Shown here piece by piece: positions 10,362 to 22,682 of a stretch of DNA of 64,000 nucleotides. The notes below the pieces were generated by a model. That model was not told the origin of the DNA. It saw only the letters and a list, made by a program, of their open reading frames with translations, and searched no databases. Each line of letters begins with the position of its first letter. Position 1 is the stretch's first letter. Both the position numbers and the translations under genes were made by a program. Source of the stretch: Alphaproteobacteria bacterium (GTDB taxonomy: Bacteria > Pseudomonadota > Alphaproteobacteria > SMXQ01); the NCBI GenBank assembly GCA_035714115.1, contig DASTMO010000033.1:29451-93450 (forward strand). Direction: 5' to 3'.

Positions 10362-13300
10362 TTGCCGCGCTCTCGAAGTCGCTCCGGCGGATTTGCTTCG
10401 GCGCGGATGGTTCGGGACGCCAGGCGCAGCGATTCCGTTTCCCTGTCAATTTGCCCGTCGACCTTCAACCCGGTTAGCCGTTTGAAGAAGTTCCTGTTTG
10501 TCTTTGCCGCCGTTCTCGTGCTGTCGGTCGGAGCGGCCCTCGTCGCGCCCAGTTTCATCGACTGGACGCGTTACCGCGATTCGATCGCGGCGGAGATCGA
10601 GCGTGCAGCTGGGCGCAAAGTCGTCATCGCGGGCACCGTCGAGGCCTCGCTGCTGCCGACGCCGCGCCTGCTGCTGAACGATGCGCGCTTCGGCAACTTG
10701 CCGGGTGCCGCCGAGCCGGAGATGGCGCGCCTGCGTTCGCTCGAAGCGCGCGTGGCGTTGCTGCCGCTGCTCTCGGGCCAGGTCGTCGTCGAGAGCTTCG
10801 TGCTGCGCGAACCGGTGGTCACGCTCGAAGTGTTGGCCGACGGCCGGCGCAACTGGGTGTTCGACGCGGGATCGAACGCGCATCCCGACGCCTGGGACGA
10901 TCAGCCCTTCGTCGCGCCCGAATCGGTCCAACTGCAGAACGCCGCCATCGTCAACGGCACGGTGATCTACCGCAACGCCCGCAGCGGCTCCGAAGAGCGC
11001 TTCGAGAACGTGAATGCGCGCGTCGTCGCCGATAGCCTGGCCGGCCCCTTGCGCGCCGCCGGCGAAACCCGTGTCGGCGGCAAGCCGGTGCGCTTCACGC
11101 TCGCCGCCGGCCGCTTCGATTTCCGCAGCGCGCAGGCGACACCGCTGAAAGCCACGCTCGATCTCGTCGGACCCAATGCAAATGTTTTGCGCGCCGGATT
11201 CGCGTTCGACGGCACGGCGCAGTTCGCGCCGACGCTCAAGCTCGCGGGCAAGGCCAAGCTCGGCGGCGCCGATCTCGCCGCCGCGCTTTCGAGTTTCGGT
11301 CCCACTGGCGAAATGCCGGGTCTGCTGACCCAGCCGTTCAGCTTCGAAGGCAACCTGACCGCCGGCAGCGAGAAGGCCGATATCGCCGGCCTCGTCGCCC
11401 AGTTGGGCGACGTGCGCAGCCAGGGCAATGCGGCTGTGACGTTCGTCGGGCCGCGCGACGGCAAGCCGCAGTTCGATCTCGCGCTGACCTTCGGCTATAT
11501 CGATCTCGACGCTTGGCTCGACATGCCGGCGCGCGCGAGCGAGGGCAAGACGTCCGACAGTTTCGATCTGCCGGACGGTTTCCGCCTCTCGCTCGAGGCC
11601 TCCGTCGAAGCGATCAACTTCCGCAAAGGCCTGTTCCGCCAGATCAAGGCCTCAGCCGAGCTCGACGAGGGCGCGATCACGCTGCGCCAGTTCAATATGC
11701 AGGCGCCGGGCGGCAGTGATGCCAGCGCCAGCGGCAAGGTCACCGCCGATGCCGACGCGCCGGCGCGCTTCGAAGGCCGCGTCGAGCTCGCGTCCGACGA
11801 TTTCCGCAATCTCTTGGGCTGGACCGGCCTCGATGCCAAGACGTTGCCCGCCGGGCGGCTCAACAAGCTGACCGCGACGGGACGCGTCGCGCTCGGCGTC
11901 GAAACGCTCGAGGTCAGCGATCTCGACGCGCGCTTCGATTCGACGAAGATCGCCGGCAGCATCGTGGCGGCGCTGCGCGCGCGCCCCGCGCTCGGCGCGA
12001 ATCTCACCATCGATCAGATCAATCTCGACGCTTACATGCCCGAGGGCACCGACGCGCTCTTTCCGCTGCCGCCGGAATTTGCCAGCGCCTTCGATGCCAA
12101 TCTGCTGCTGCGCGCCGGTCAATTCACCTGGCGGCAGGTGCCGCTGCGCGATTTGAATTTCGACGGCACGCTGGACAACGGCAATCTCGCTTTGCGCAAG
12201 CTCGCGGCGGGAATCGGCACCGGCACGGGCCAGGGCAGCTTCTCCGTTTCGGGCGACGTCAAATCGCTGGGCGCCAAGCCTGTCGTCGCCCTCGACATCA
12301 CGGCGGAGGCGCGCGATCCCGGCGGCCTTTATCGCTTGAGCGGCATCGCCGCGCCGCTCGCGCTGCCCGGCGCGGTCAAGATCGCCACGCGCATCGAGAG
12401 CGACGCCAAGGGCTACCGCTTGCCGAAGATCGAGGCGGCGCTGGCCGGCACGACGATCGCCGGCGCGGCGACGATCGCGACCGACGGGCCGCGCCCGAAA
12501 ATCTCCGGCAAGCTCGCCGTCGGCGAGTTGGACACTGCGAACCTGCTTGGCGTGAATGCCCGCGCGGGAGCGCCTTGGTCGGAAGCGCCTATCGCCCTCT
12601 ATCTGCTGGCCGCCAACGATGCGGAGCTGGATCTCGCGGTCAAGACGCTGACTCACAAGACATGGAAGATCGACGGCGCGACAGCCCGCGTGATGGTGAA
12701 CGAGGGCGCGCTCGCCGTGGAATCGCTGTCCGGCAAGTTGCTCGGCGGCGATCTGACGCTGAACGCGCGCCTGACCGGCGGCGAGAACGGCGCGGCGGTC
12801 GAGGGCAGTTTCGGCCTTGCCGGCGCGACCGCGGCGCAAGGCTTGTTCGCCAGCAAGACGCTCGATGTCGCGGGCGGCAAGCTCGACCTGACGATGGAGT
12901 TCGCCTCGCGCGGCGCCCATGAGGCGGCCTTGATGGCCGCCATGTCGGGCAAGGGCCAATATGCGGTGCATGGCGCGAGCTTGCGCGGCGTCGATCTCGC
13001 GGCGGCGGGCAAGCGCGCGCCGACGGCTCTTTCGGCCGCCGACGTGCAGACGGCGCTGCGCGCTGCGCTCGCCGGCAACGGCAAGCTGCAATCGCTCGAC
13101 GGCAGCTTCACGGTCGAGAACGGCACCGCCGTCAGCGACGATCTGACCATCGTCATGGAAGGCGCGAAGGGCGAGGGCGAGCTGCGCGCGAACCTGCTCG
13201 AATGGACGATCGACGGCGGTATCGAATTCAAGTTCGAGGGCGACGCGGCCGCGCCGCCAGCGCAACTGCGCGTCAACGGCCCGTTGACGGCAGCGAGCAA

Positions 13301-13598
13301 AAGCTTCGAGAGCGCGGCCTTGCAGGCCTATGCGCTCGAACGGGCCGGCCGGCTTGAGGCGGAGCGTCGCGCCGCCGCCGAAAAGGCGGCGGCGGAGAAA
13401 GCGGCGGCCGACCGGGCCGCGCAGCAGCGCCAATTGCAGCAGCAGCAACAGCAAGCGCCCCGACCTGTTCAACAGGCTCCTGCGCAACAAGCTCCAGCCG
13501 CTCCGCGCCCGCAAGCGGCGCCGCCGGCTGCAGCCGCGCCGTCACCCAACGGAGACAGCTTCATCAACGATGTGCTGCAAGGTTTGCCGGCGCGATAA
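10362..13598 (+). CDS. AsmA-family outer-membrane assembly protein (true start probably downstream, ~10407-10483)
   Basis: N-terminal TM helix KKFLFVFAAVLVLSVGAALVA, then 'PSFIDWTRYRDSIAAEIERAAGRKVVIAG...LLPTPRL' typical of AsmA. ~1000 aa, C-terminal low-complexity A/Q/P tail. Confidence 0.8.
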   Translation: MPRSRSRSGGFASARMVRDARRSDSVSLSICPSTFNPVSRLKKFLFVFAAVLVLSVGAALVAPSFIDWTRYRDSIAAEIERAAGRKVVIAGTVEASLLPTPRLLLNDARFGNLPGAAEPEMARLRSLEARVALLPLLSGQVVVESFVLREPVVTLEVLADGRRNWVFDAGSNAHPDAWDDQPFVAPESVQLQNAAIVNGTVIYRNARSGSEERFENVNARVVADSLAGPLRAAGETRVGGKPVRFTLAAGRFDFRSAQATPLKATLDLVGPNANVLRAGFAFDGTAQFAPTLKLAGKAKLGGADLAAALSSFGPTGEMPGLLTQPFSFEGNLTAGSEKADIAGLVAQLGDVRSQGNAAVTFVGPRDGKPQFDLALTFGYIDLDAWLDMPARASEGKTSDSFDLPDGFRLSLEASVEAINFRKGLFRQIKASAELDEGAITLRQFNMQAPGGSDASASGKVTADADAPARFEGRVELASDDFRNLLGWTGLDAKTLPAGRLNKLTATGRVALGVETLEVSDLDARFDSTKIAGSIVAALRARPALGANLTIDQINLDAYMPEGTDALFPLPPEFASAFDANLLLRAGQFTWRQVPLRDLNFDGTLDNGNLALRKLAAGIGTGTGQGSFSVSGDVKSLGAKPVVALDITAEARDPGGLYRLSGIAAPLALPGAVKIATRIESDAKGYRLPKIEAALAGTTIAGAATIATDGPRPKISGKLAVGELDTANLLGVNARAGAPWSEAPIALYLLAANDAELDLAVKTLTHKTWKIDGATARVMVNEGALAVESLSGKLLGGDLTLNARLTGGENGAAVEGSFGLAGATAAQGLFASKTLDVAGGKLDLTMEFASRGAHEAALMAAMSGKGQYAVHGASLRGVDLAAAGKRAPTALSAADVQTALRAALAGNGKLQSLDGSFTVENGTAVSDDLTIVMEGAKGEGELRANLLEWTIDGGIEFKFEGDAAAPPAQLRVNGPLTAASKSFESAALQAYALERAGRLEAERRAAAEKAAAEKAAADRAAQQRQLQQQQQQAPRPVQQAPAQQAPAAPRPQAAPPAAAAPSPNGDSFINDVLQGLPAR

Positions 13599-13603
13599 GC
13601 CGG

Positions 13604-13837
13604 CTAGGCCTTGGCTCGCTCGCGCAGACGGTCAAGCACGAAGAGGCGAATGGCGCTGGAGAGATTGCCGCCGCGCGCTGTGTCGATTTCCTCGATCAAC
13701 TTGCCGAGCGGCAGGTGCTTTTCCGCGGCGGCGGCGCGCAACTCGTCCCAAAAGGCGTCTTCGAGCGAGACGCTGGTCTTGTGGCCGGCGATCAGCACCG
13801 AATGTTTGCGCAGCCGCGCGTCGCTCATGTCAGCCAT
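13604..13837 (-). CDS. Ribbon-helix-helix domain protein (CopG/Arc-like)
   Basis: 77 aa; 'RLRKHSVLIAGHKTSVSLEDAFWDELRAAAAEKHLPLGKLIEEID' matches the RHH beta-strand followed by two helices; stop abuts fumC start. Confidence 0.6.
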   Translation of the reverse strand: MADMSDARLRKHSVLIAGHKTSVSLEDAFWDELRAAAAEKHLPLGKLIEEIDTARGGNLSSAIRLFVLDRLRERAKA

Positions 13838-15250
13838 TCACGTCTTGGGGCGGCCCAACATGTCGGCGGGCACCACCCAGCGGTCGAAGTCGGCGGCGCC
13901 GACCAGGCCCGACTTCAACGCCGCCTCTTTCAGCGAGAGGTTCTCGGCGAAGGCCAGTTTGGCGATCTTCGCCGCCGCGTCGTAGCCGATGTGGGTGTTG
14001 AGTGCGGTCACCAGCATCAGCGACTGTTCCATCAGCTGCGTCAGCCGCGCCGGGTTGGCGGTGATGCCGACGACGCAATTGTCGGTGAAGCTCGCCGCCG
14101 CGTCGCCGAGCAGCTTAATGGACTGCAGCACGTTGTAGGCGATCACCGGCTTGAAGACATTGAGCTCGAGATGGCCCTGCGCGCCGCCGATGCTGATCGT
14201 CACATGGTTGCCCATCACCTGTGCCGCCACCATGGTCATGGCTTCGGCCTGGGTCGGGTTGACCTTGCCCGGCATGATCGAGGAGCCCGGCTCGTTCTCC
14301 GGCAGATGGATCTCGCCGAAGCCCGAACGCGGACCGGAGGCCATCAGGCGGATGTCATTGGCGATCTTGTTGAATGACACGGCTAAGGTATTGAGCGCGC
14401 CGGACAGCTCGACCAGCGCGTCATGGCTCGCCAAGGCCTCGAACTTGTCGGGGGCGGGCACGAAGGCGAGGCCGGTCAAACGCGCGAGCGCCGCGGCGAA
14501 GGCGATATCGAAGCCCGGCGCGGCGTTCAGCCCGGTTCCCACGGCGGTGCCGCCCTGCGCCAGTTGCAGCACGCGTGGCAGCGCTGCCTCGACGCGGGCG
14601 ATGCCATTCTTGGTCTGCTGGGCGTAGGCGCCGAATTCCTGGCCGAGCGTGACCGGCGTCGCATCTTGCAGATGGGTGCGGCCGATCTTGACCAAATCGG
14701 CGAACTCGACGGCTTTCTTGCTGAGCGCCTTTTGCAGATGCTGCAGCGCCGGAATCAATTCGCCGGTGGCGAGGCGCGCCGCCGCGATATGCATGGCGGT
14801 CGGGAAGCTGTCGTTCGACGACTGGCCGTAGTTCACATGGTCGTTCGGATGGACCGGCGTCTTCGAGCCGAGCGGCGCGCCGAGCGTCTCGTTGGCGCGA
14901 TTGGCGATCACCTCGTTGGCATTCATGTTGGTCTGGGTGCCGGAACCGGTCTGCCAGACCACCAACGGAAACTCGTCGTCCCACTTGCCCGCGGCCACTT
15001 CGCCGGCCGCGTCCACGATGGCCTTGCCGATCCTGCTATCGAGCACGCCGAGGGTCATGTTGGCTTCGGCAGCAGCCTGTTTCTGCAAGCCCAGCGCGTG
15101 GATCAGCGCGCGCGGCATGGTCTCGCCGCCGATGCGGAAGTTCTGCAGGCTGCGCTGCGTCTGCGCGCCCCAATAGCGATCCGCCGGCACCTCGATGGGG
15201 CCGAAGCTATCGCTTTCCGTACGGGTTTTGCTCATCGTCGCCTCGCTCAA
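13838..15250 (-). CDS. fumC: Fumarate hydratase class II
   Basis: 470 aa; '[30 protein letters not shown]', '[13 protein letters not shown]' (fumarase/aspartase signature GSxxMxxKxN). Confidence 0.95.
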   Translation of the reverse strand: MSEATMSKTRTESDSFGPIEVPADRYWGAQTQRSLQNFRIGGETMPRALIHALGLQKQAAAEANMTLGVLDSRIGKAIVDAAGEVAAGKWDDEFPLVVWQTGSGTQTNMNANEVIANRANETLGAPLGSKTPVHPNDHVNYGQSSNDSFPTAMHIAAARLATGELIPALQHLQKALSKKAVEFADLVKIGRTHLQDATPVTLGQEFGAYAQQTKNGIARVEAALPRVLQLAQGGTAVGTGLNAAPGFDIAFAAALARLTGLAFVPAPDKFEALASHDALVELSGALNTLAVSFNKIANDIRLMASGPRSGFGEIHLPENEPGSSIMPGKVNPTQAEAMTMVAAQVMGNHVTISIGGAQGHLELNVFKPVIAYNVLQSIKLLGDAAASFTDNCVVGITANPARLTQLMEQSLMLVTALNTHIGYDAAAKIAKLAFAENLSLKEAALKSGLVGAADFDRWVVPADMLGRPKT

Positions 15251-15708
15251 CTGCGAGTGGATTTAACCACGCGCTTGGCGGGTCGTCTCGGGGCTTTCGC
15301 GGCCGGCTTCTTGACCTTTTGCGCCCCGCGCGCGGCGATCACGCCGAGTTCCAGCCAGGGGTGGATGGCGCGCGCATGGTAGGTCGCGCGTGGCGGCGCT
15401 TCATAATAGGAGAGGCTGACCGCCTTCGATCCGGCGCGCACGTAGGTGAAAGGTTTGCTGCCGACGCGTTCGAAACGCACACGCGTTTCGGCATCGGTTT
15501 TGAAGAACAGCTTGTCGTAAGCGATGATCCCGAACATCAGCCCGTCGAGATAGAGGCCGTAGCCTCCGAACATCGGCCGCGCCTGGATGTCGCCATGCGG
15601 GCTGAGCAGCGCCAGCACCTTCTCGACGAAGGCCGAGCGCGATTTCAGCGACGGTGCCTTAGCCTTCTTCGTCGTGGCCTTCTTCTGCGCGGCGGGTTTT
15701 TTCACCAT
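15247..15708 (-). CDS. TfoX/Sxy N-terminal-domain protein
   Basis: Start re-set to [10 protein letters not shown]; '[29 protein letters not shown]' matches the TfoX N-domain; stop overlaps fumC start by 4 nt (translational coupling). Confidence 0.6.
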   Translation of the reverse strand: MVKKPAAQKKATTKKAKAPSLKSRSAFVEKVLALLSPHGDIQARPMFGGYGLYLDGLMFGIIAYDKLFFKTDAETRVRFERVGSKPFTYVRAGSKAVSLSYYEAPPRATYHARAIHPWLELGVIAARGAQKVKKPAAKAPRRPAKRVVKSTRS

Positions 15709-15908
15709 CAAGCGAACTCCTGCCAAATCGCCGATGCCAACATGCGATTCACACACCTGTTCTCGCTCGGCATCAATCGGAACCTTTCGATAGGGATGGG
15801 CGATGCACCGATAGGGCATCACGATATCGCGCCGCGCACGGCCGCTTTTCGTTGTCGAGCGGGCGAGCGCTGTTAGTGTAACGCCAATTCATCGATAGGG
15901 AGATTGTC

Positions 15909-16919
15909 ATGTTGCGCACCATCTTCGCCGGCGCCGCCGCCGTTCTTGCCGCCACCTGCATCGCCGCCCCGGCGATCGCCCAGGATTTCTACAAGGGCAA
16001 GCAGATCACCGTGCTGGTCGGCACTGGTCCCGGCACCACCTACGACATCTACGCCCATACGCTGGCCGAGCATATGGGTCGCCATCTGCCGGGCAATCCC
16101 AACTTCATCGTGCAGGGCATTCCCGGCGCGGGCGGTGCCAAGGCGGCCCAGATGCTGTTCAACACGGTGGCGAAGGACGGCACATACCTTGCCGTGCTTC
16201 AGCCCAACCTCGTGCTCTCGGCTGTGCTCGACGAGCAGAAGCCACTGTTCGACTACGCCAAGTTCGGCCAGGTCGGCGGCTTCGCGCCGGTCAACGGCAT
16301 GCTGAGCGTCTGGACCAAAGCGCCGGGCACGACGCTGGAGGACGCCAAGAAGATCGAGCTCTACATGGGCACCACCGGCCCGGGCTCGGACACCTATCAG
16401 GCGCCGAAGCTGGCCAATGCGCTGCTCGGCACCAAGTTCAAGGTGCTCTCCGGCTATAAGGACGTCGGCGAGATGGAGCTGGCGATGGAGCGCGGCGAGT
16501 TGCATGGCCGCGGCGGCTCGGTGCTGTCCTGGACGTCGCGCAAACCCGATTGGATCAGCGGCAACAAGATCGCCTTCCTGTTCCAGATGGGGCCGACGCC
16601 CGATCCGGCGATCCCGACCGTGCCGCTGCTGCAGGATCTCGTGCAGGGCGAGGATGCCAAGAAGATCGTCGCCTTCTTCAACGCGCCGACGGCGCTCGGG
16701 CGCGGCGTGATGACGACGCCGAACGTGCCGGCAGATCGCCTGAAGCTGCTGCGCGACGCTTTCGCCGCGACGATGAAGGACACGAAATTCCTGGCCGACG
16801 CCAAGACCCGCATCCTCGACATCGATCCGTTGACGGCGGATGTGCTGGAGAAGACCGTCGCCGAAGCGACGAGCCTGACGCCCGAACTCGCCGAGAAGGC
16901 GCGCGAGACGCAGAAGTAG
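15909..16919 (+). CDS. TTT substrate-binding protein, TctC/Bug family (third paralog)
   Basis: Signal peptide MLRTIFAGAAAVLAATCIAAPAIA followed by 'QDFYKGKQITVLVGTGPGTTYD'; clear similarity along its length to the ORFs at 910-1929 and 2112-3158. Confidence 0.75.
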   Translation: MLRTIFAGAAAVLAATCIAAPAIAQDFYKGKQITVLVGTGPGTTYDIYAHTLAEHMGRHLPGNPNFIVQGIPGAGGAKAAQMLFNTVAKDGTYLAVLQPNLVLSAVLDEQKPLFDYAKFGQVGGFAPVNGMLSVWTKAPGTTLEDAKKIELYMGTTGPGSDTYQAPKLANALLGTKFKVLSGYKDVGEMELAMERGELHGRGGSVLSWTSRKPDWISGNKIAFLFQMGPTPDPAIPTVPLLQDLVQGEDAKKIVAFFNAPTALGRGVMTTPNVPADRLKLLRDAFAATMKDTKFLADAKTRILDIDPLTADVLEKTVAEATSLTPELAEKARETQK

Positions 16920-16921
16920 GC

Positions 16922-17545
16922 TTAGGCTAGATCGGCGAGATAATCGGCCACGGCGGTCGAGGCCTCATCTAGGGCCTCGGCCTCCGTGCGACCCGACGCC
17001 TTGGTCGGCTTGAAGGAATGGTCGCCGTCGCCGATCCAGTAAATCTGGATCGCGGGTGGCAGCGACACGGCGCGCACCGTCTCTGGCCCGCCGAAGCTGT
17101 CGCGCGTGCCTTGCACGATGATCGTCGGCAGACGCATGCGCAAAAGATGCGAGGTGCGCAGCACGTCTGGCTTGCCGACCGGATGGAAGGGATAGCCGAG
17201 ACAGACAAGGCCGCGCGCGCCCGCATCCTCGGCGATCAGGCTGGCCATGCGGCCGCCCATTGACTTGCCGCCGACCACCACTTTGTCCGCACCGCCCAAT
17301 TGCTCGATCGCTTCGCGATAGCAGGCGATCAGCTTATCGGAGCGGTCGGGCGGGCGCTTCTTGCCGTCGGCGCGCTTGGCCGCCATGTAGGGAAACTCGA
17401 AGCGCGCGACGCGGATGCCGCTCTTCTGGGCGATGGCTTTCGCCATCGTCTCCATGAAGGGGTGGTCCATGCCGGCGCCCGCGCCATGGGCGAGCGCTAG
17501 TGTGAGCGGGGACGATTTCGGGCCGTCGAAGAGAAAATCGATCAT
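16922..17545 (-). CDS. Alpha/beta hydrolase (dienelactone-hydrolase-like, no signal peptide)
   Basis: 207 aa; 'GGKSMGGRMAS' nucleophile elbow, C-terminal 'GDGDHS' His. Confidence 0.7.
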   Translation of the reverse strand: MIDFLFDGPKSSPLTLALAHGAGAGMDHPFMETMAKAIAQKSGIRVARFEFPYMAAKRADGKKRPPDRSDKLIACYREAIEQLGGADKVVVGGKSMGGRMASLIAEDAGARGLVCLGYPFHPVGKPDVLRTSHLLRMRLPTIIVQGTRDSFGGPETVRAVSLPPAIQIYWIGDGDHSFKPTKASGRTEAEALDEASTAVADYLADLA

Positions 17546-17554
17546 CCGGCAGTC

Positions 17555-18787
17555 TTAGCGGATTTGATCGAACAAGTCTCCCTCCGGCCAGGCGGAGACG
17601 GCTTTCGCCGCTCGCCACATGGCGCGGTCGAGTTCGTCGAAGAACTTTCCCGCTTCTTTCGGCCGCGTGTTGACGGCGACCGTCCAGCCATACCCTTCAG
17701 CGGTGCGTACGGCGAAGGCCATGGCGCCCGATTGGCTGCCGTTGTGCCACCAGTTCATGCCACCCTGCACCGGGCGGACGAGGAAGCCGAGGCCGTAGTA
17801 GGCGGCTTTGCTTTCCCCGTCGGGACGGGCGAATATTTGTTCGCGTGTCTTGTCGGGGAGCAAGGCCGCGCCGCGCTGTCCGTCAATCGCCAGCATGAAG
17901 CGCAGAAATTCCGTAGGCGAACCGAGCCAGTTGCCGTACCCATCCATTATTTCCAATGAGTAGGCGCCATAAGGAGCGGGCACTTTGCCGCTGGCGACGC
18001 CCGGCATAGCGTTTAGCAACGGGCCGCCGGGAAAGTCGTAGTAGGTCGCTTCGTTGTCGGCTTTGGCCAATGTGCGGCCAAGCGTGAAACCGTTCACTTG
18101 CGCGGGGGCGAAGATGCGCTCGCGCACGAAAGCTTCGTAAGGCTGCCCGGCCGCCCGCGCGACTATCAGGCCGAGCATGCAATAGCCGACATTGGAATAG
18201 GCGTAGCGTTCACCGGGCGTGAAATCGAGCTGACGCTCCAGTCCGTCGCGCAGCAGCGTCATGCAGGTGGCAGGCATAGGCGCGCCCTGCCGTTTGGCGG
18301 CGGCGGCATTGCCCGGCATGAAGACGGGATCGCCGGAGATGTCGCGGTCGAGCCCCATGCGATGCTGCAACAGTTGGCGGACGGTGATGGTCTTCACGCG
18401 GTCATCGACGATGCGCTCGGCGCGCGGACCATCCTCGCCGAGCAGCGGCAGCGCCTGCGCATTAAGATCGAGCTTGCCGTCTTGAGCGAGAAGCAAGGCC
18501 GCAATGGCTGTGATCGGCTTAGATAGACTGCCCAGACGAAAGACCGTGTGCGGCGTCACTGGCTCGTTCTTGTCGCGGTCGGCCAAGCCATAGCCGTGCG
18601 CCAGCATCAGACGGCCCTTGTAGGACACGGCGAGGCCGCCGCCGGGAATCTCCCAGCGGGTCATCAATTCCGTCATCTCGCGGTCGAACGGATTGAGTCC
18701 GCGCAGCGCGGGACCATTTGGTTCGGCGGCGAATGCGTTGGACCACAGCGCTATCCAGGCGAACAGGCCGATAACGAAATGCCGCAT
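17555..18787 (-). CDS. Serine hydrolase, beta-lactamase (class C/PBP) family, secreted
   Basis: Signal peptide MRHFVIGLFAWIALWSNAFA; S-x-x-K motif 'FRLGSLSKP'; Y.N 'YSNVGY'. Confidence 0.8.
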   Translation of the reverse strand: MRHFVIGLFAWIALWSNAFAAEPNGPALRGLNPFDREMTELMTRWEIPGGGLAVSYKGRLMLAHGYGLADRDKNEPVTPHTVFRLGSLSKPITAIAALLLAQDGKLDLNAQALPLLGEDGPRAERIVDDRVKTITVRQLLQHRMGLDRDISGDPVFMPGNAAAAKRQGAPMPATCMTLLRDGLERQLDFTPGERYAYSNVGYCMLGLIVARAAGQPYEAFVRERIFAPAQVNGFTLGRTLAKADNEATYYDFPGGPLLNAMPGVASGKVPAPYGAYSLEIMDGYGNWLGSPTEFLRFMLAIDGQRGAALLPDKTREQIFARPDGESKAAYYGLGFLVRPVQGGMNWWHNGSQSGAMAFAVRTAEGYGWTVAVNTRPKEAGKFFDELDRAMWRAAKAVSAWPEGDLFDQIR

Positions 18788-18839
18788 CTTCTTTCCCCCG
18801 AAAGAAGAACGGCCACGGTTTGCGCCGCGGCCGTCTGGT

Positions 18840-20480
<1,641 letters not shown>

Positions 20481-20562
20481 GGAAGCTCCGAGGGTGGCGG
20501 AGATGGAGAAAGGCGGGCGCGCGAAAGGGGCGACGGATAGGCCCGAAGGGCGCGGTCAGAGA

Positions 20563-21207
20563 CTATTTTTTGCGGAAAGCGTCAAGCGAGACGACCTTCT
20601 CGGCGGCCGGCGTATCGGTCGGCGCTTCGCCGGGAGCGGCCTCGTCCTTGGCGGCCGTTTCCTTGAGGGCCGGCTCGGCCTTGGTGGGGTCGGCCTTCGC
20701 CGGTTCGGGCTTGCGCTCGGCAGGCTTCAACTCGACCGGCTTAGCCTCGCCGGCTTTGGCATCAGCGAGCTTGGGCTTGGGTGCCTTGGTGCTTTCGGCG
20801 GCGGCCGCCGCGGCGGTAAAGCCGCCCGACAGGCTGGCCGGCGCTTCCGGATCGAGCGGCTGGAATTGCAGGCCGAACTTCACCGACGGATCGACGAAAG
20901 ACATCATCGCGGCGTAGGGCACCTGCAAGCGCTCGGGCACATTGCTGAAGCTGAGATTGACGACGAAATGGTCGTCGTTGACCTCCAAGCCCCAATATTG
21001 GTGCTGCAGCACCACCGTCATGTCGTTGGGATACTGGATCCGCAACGCGTCCGACATGTCCACGCCCGGATGGTCGGTGCGGAAGGTCAGATAGAAATGG
21101 TGGTTGCCGGGAAGGCCGTTCTTGGCGACGAGGGTGAGGGCTTCGCGCACGACGCTGCGCAGGGCGGTCTCGACCATCTTGTCGTACTGCAGGATATCGC
21201 GAGCCAT
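20563..21207 (-). CDS. sspB: ClpXP adaptor SspB (alphaproteobacterial type)
   Basis: 'YDKMVETALRSVVREALTLVAKNGLPGNHHFYLTFRTDHPGVDM...YPNDMTVVLQHQYWGLEVNDDHFVVNLSF' matches the SspB-alpha fold pattern; long acidic/Ala-Pro tail ending in basic C-terminus. Confidence 0.7.
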   Translation of the reverse strand: MARDILQYDKMVETALRSVVREALTLVAKNGLPGNHHFYLTFRTDHPGVDMSDALRIQYPNDMTVVLQHQYWGLEVNDDHFVVNLSFSNVPERLQVPYAAMMSFVDPSVKFGLQFQPLDPEAPASLSGGFTAAAAAAESTKAPKPKLADAKAGEAKPVELKPAERKPEPAKADPTKAEPALKETAAKDEAAPGEAPTDTPAAEKVVSLDAFRKK

Positions 21208-21733
21208 GTGGGGATGAGATCCGAGGGCTGGGCAAACGAACGCGACGAAGGGACGCGACGAAAACGAAAGGCACGCAAATCAGGTGGGGGGCTTCTGTTG
21301 CCCGGCGCCCCCCGAGCCGCGCTTACCTATTAGGCAGCGAGTGCAACGCGATTGTCGTTGGCACTTATCAAACGACCCGATAACGGCGGTATCATGCCGG
21401 GCGAAAAGTCTACCTTTACCACGCGTGTCGATCCTATTTCGCCCCCATGGACCGGCCCTTCTCGGAAGGACCGGTGAAGATGGTGGAGGCGCCGGGTACC
21501 GCCCCCGGGTCCACTACGCTTATTCCATAAACCGTTTATCGCCATAGTCGGTTGCCCGACCCTTAAAATATAAGGTGTTTCGGGGGGATTTGAAAGGGCA
21601 GGGCCGGAACCGGGTTCCGAAGGTTTTCCACAGGCTTAAGGGCGCGCTGGCGGTTTTATTCTGCGCGGTAAGCCGGTAAAGTTCCGGCCGCCTACCGGCC
21701 GCGCCCCGCGGCCGCTTATCCCGGAGTTGTTGG

Positions 21734-22675
21734 ATGCCCTTGAGTCCCGAGCAGCAGGCCGAAATCGAATCGGCCCGCGCCCAGTCCGCCGCCACGCGCC
21801 GTCCGACCGCTCCCGCCCTCGAGGAGATCCTCTACACCGCCCTGCCGGTGCTCGATCATGGTTTCGTGCGCGTCGTCGATTACATGGGCGACGATGCCGC
21901 CGTCGTGCAGGCCGCGCGCGTTTCCTACGGCAAGGGCACCAAGCGCGTCAGCGAGGACGCCGGCCTCATCAACTATTTGATGCGCCATCGCCATACGACG
22001 CCGTTCGAGATGTGCGAGATCAAGTACCACATCAAGCTGCCGATCTTCGTCGCGCGCCAGTGGATCCGCCATCGCACCGCCAACGTGAACGAATATTCGG
22101 CGCGCTACTCGATCCTCGACAACGAATTCTACATCCCCAAGGCCGAGCAACTCGGCGCGCAGTCCAAATCCAACCGCCAGGGCCGCGCCGACGCGCTGAC
22201 CGGCGCCGACGCCGCGCGCGTGCTGCAGATCCTGCGTGAGGACTCGCAGCAGACCTACGATCACTACGCCGAGATGCTGAACGAGAACGAGAAGGGCGAG
22301 GTGATCGATCCCAACCGCACGGGGCTGGCGCGCGAATTGGCGCGCATGAACCTGACGGTCAACTTCTATACCCAATGGTATTGGAAGGTCGATCTGCACA
22401 ACCTTCTGCATTTCCTCAGCTTGCGCGCCGATCCGCATGCGCAATACGAGATTCGTGTTTATGCCGACGCGATGCTGGAAACGGTGAAGCGTTGGGTGCC
22501 GCTGGTGTGCGACGCCTTCCTGCAATATCGCATGGGCGGCGTGCATCTGTCGGAGAAGGCGCTGCAGGCCGTCAAGCGCATGCTGAACGGCGAGAAGGTC
22601 GATCAGAAGGACAGCGGCCTGTCGCTTCGCGAATGGCGCGAGACGATGGACAAGCTCGGGATCGAGCAGAAGTAG
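21734..22675 (+). CDS. thyX: FAD-dependent thymidylate synthase
   Basis: '[27 protein letters not shown]', '[43 protein letters not shown]' (ThyX RHRxxS motif). Confidence 0.9.
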   Translation: MPLSPEQQAEIESARAQSAATRRPTAPALEEILYTALPVLDHGFVRVVDYMGDDAAVVQAARVSYGKGTKRVSEDAGLINYLMRHRHTTPFEMCEIKYHIKLPIFVARQWIRHRTANVNEYSARYSILDNEFYIPKAEQLGAQSKSNRQGRADALTGADAARVLQILREDSQQTYDHYAEMLNENEKGEVIDPNRTGLARELARMNLTVNFYTQWYWKVDLHNLLHFLSLRADPHAQYEIRVYADAMLETVKRWVPLVCDAFLQYRMGGVHLSEKALQAVKRMLNGEKVDQKDSGLSLREWRETMDKLGIEQK

Positions 22676-22682
22676 GTCTGTA

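Noticed and set aside
11652-13514. 620-aa minus-strand ORF (and similar long antisense ORFs at 31292-33049, 35251-36399, 37922-39097, 42281-43234, 44030-44953, 44950-46350, 48689-50074, 51495-52808, 52873-54153, 58672-59658, 60326-61150)
   Set aside because: All are antisense to confidently identified genes (asmA, ilvI, mreB, mrdA, dioxygenase, stress genes, ABC permease, racemase, caiB, kinase, bax). They encode Arg/Ala/Gly-rich low-complexity polypeptides, which are typical high-GC frame artefacts.
13604-13837. RHH gene as antitoxin of a toxin-antitoxin pair
   Set aside because: There is no adjacent small toxin ORF (neighbours are asmA and fumC), so it is not called a TA module.
21420-21500. 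SRP (4.5S) RNA-like 'cGGAAGGA' segment in thyX upstream region
   Set aside because: Only ~10 nt resemble the helix-8 tetraloop region. The conserved AGCAGCC/asymmetric-loop context is absent.
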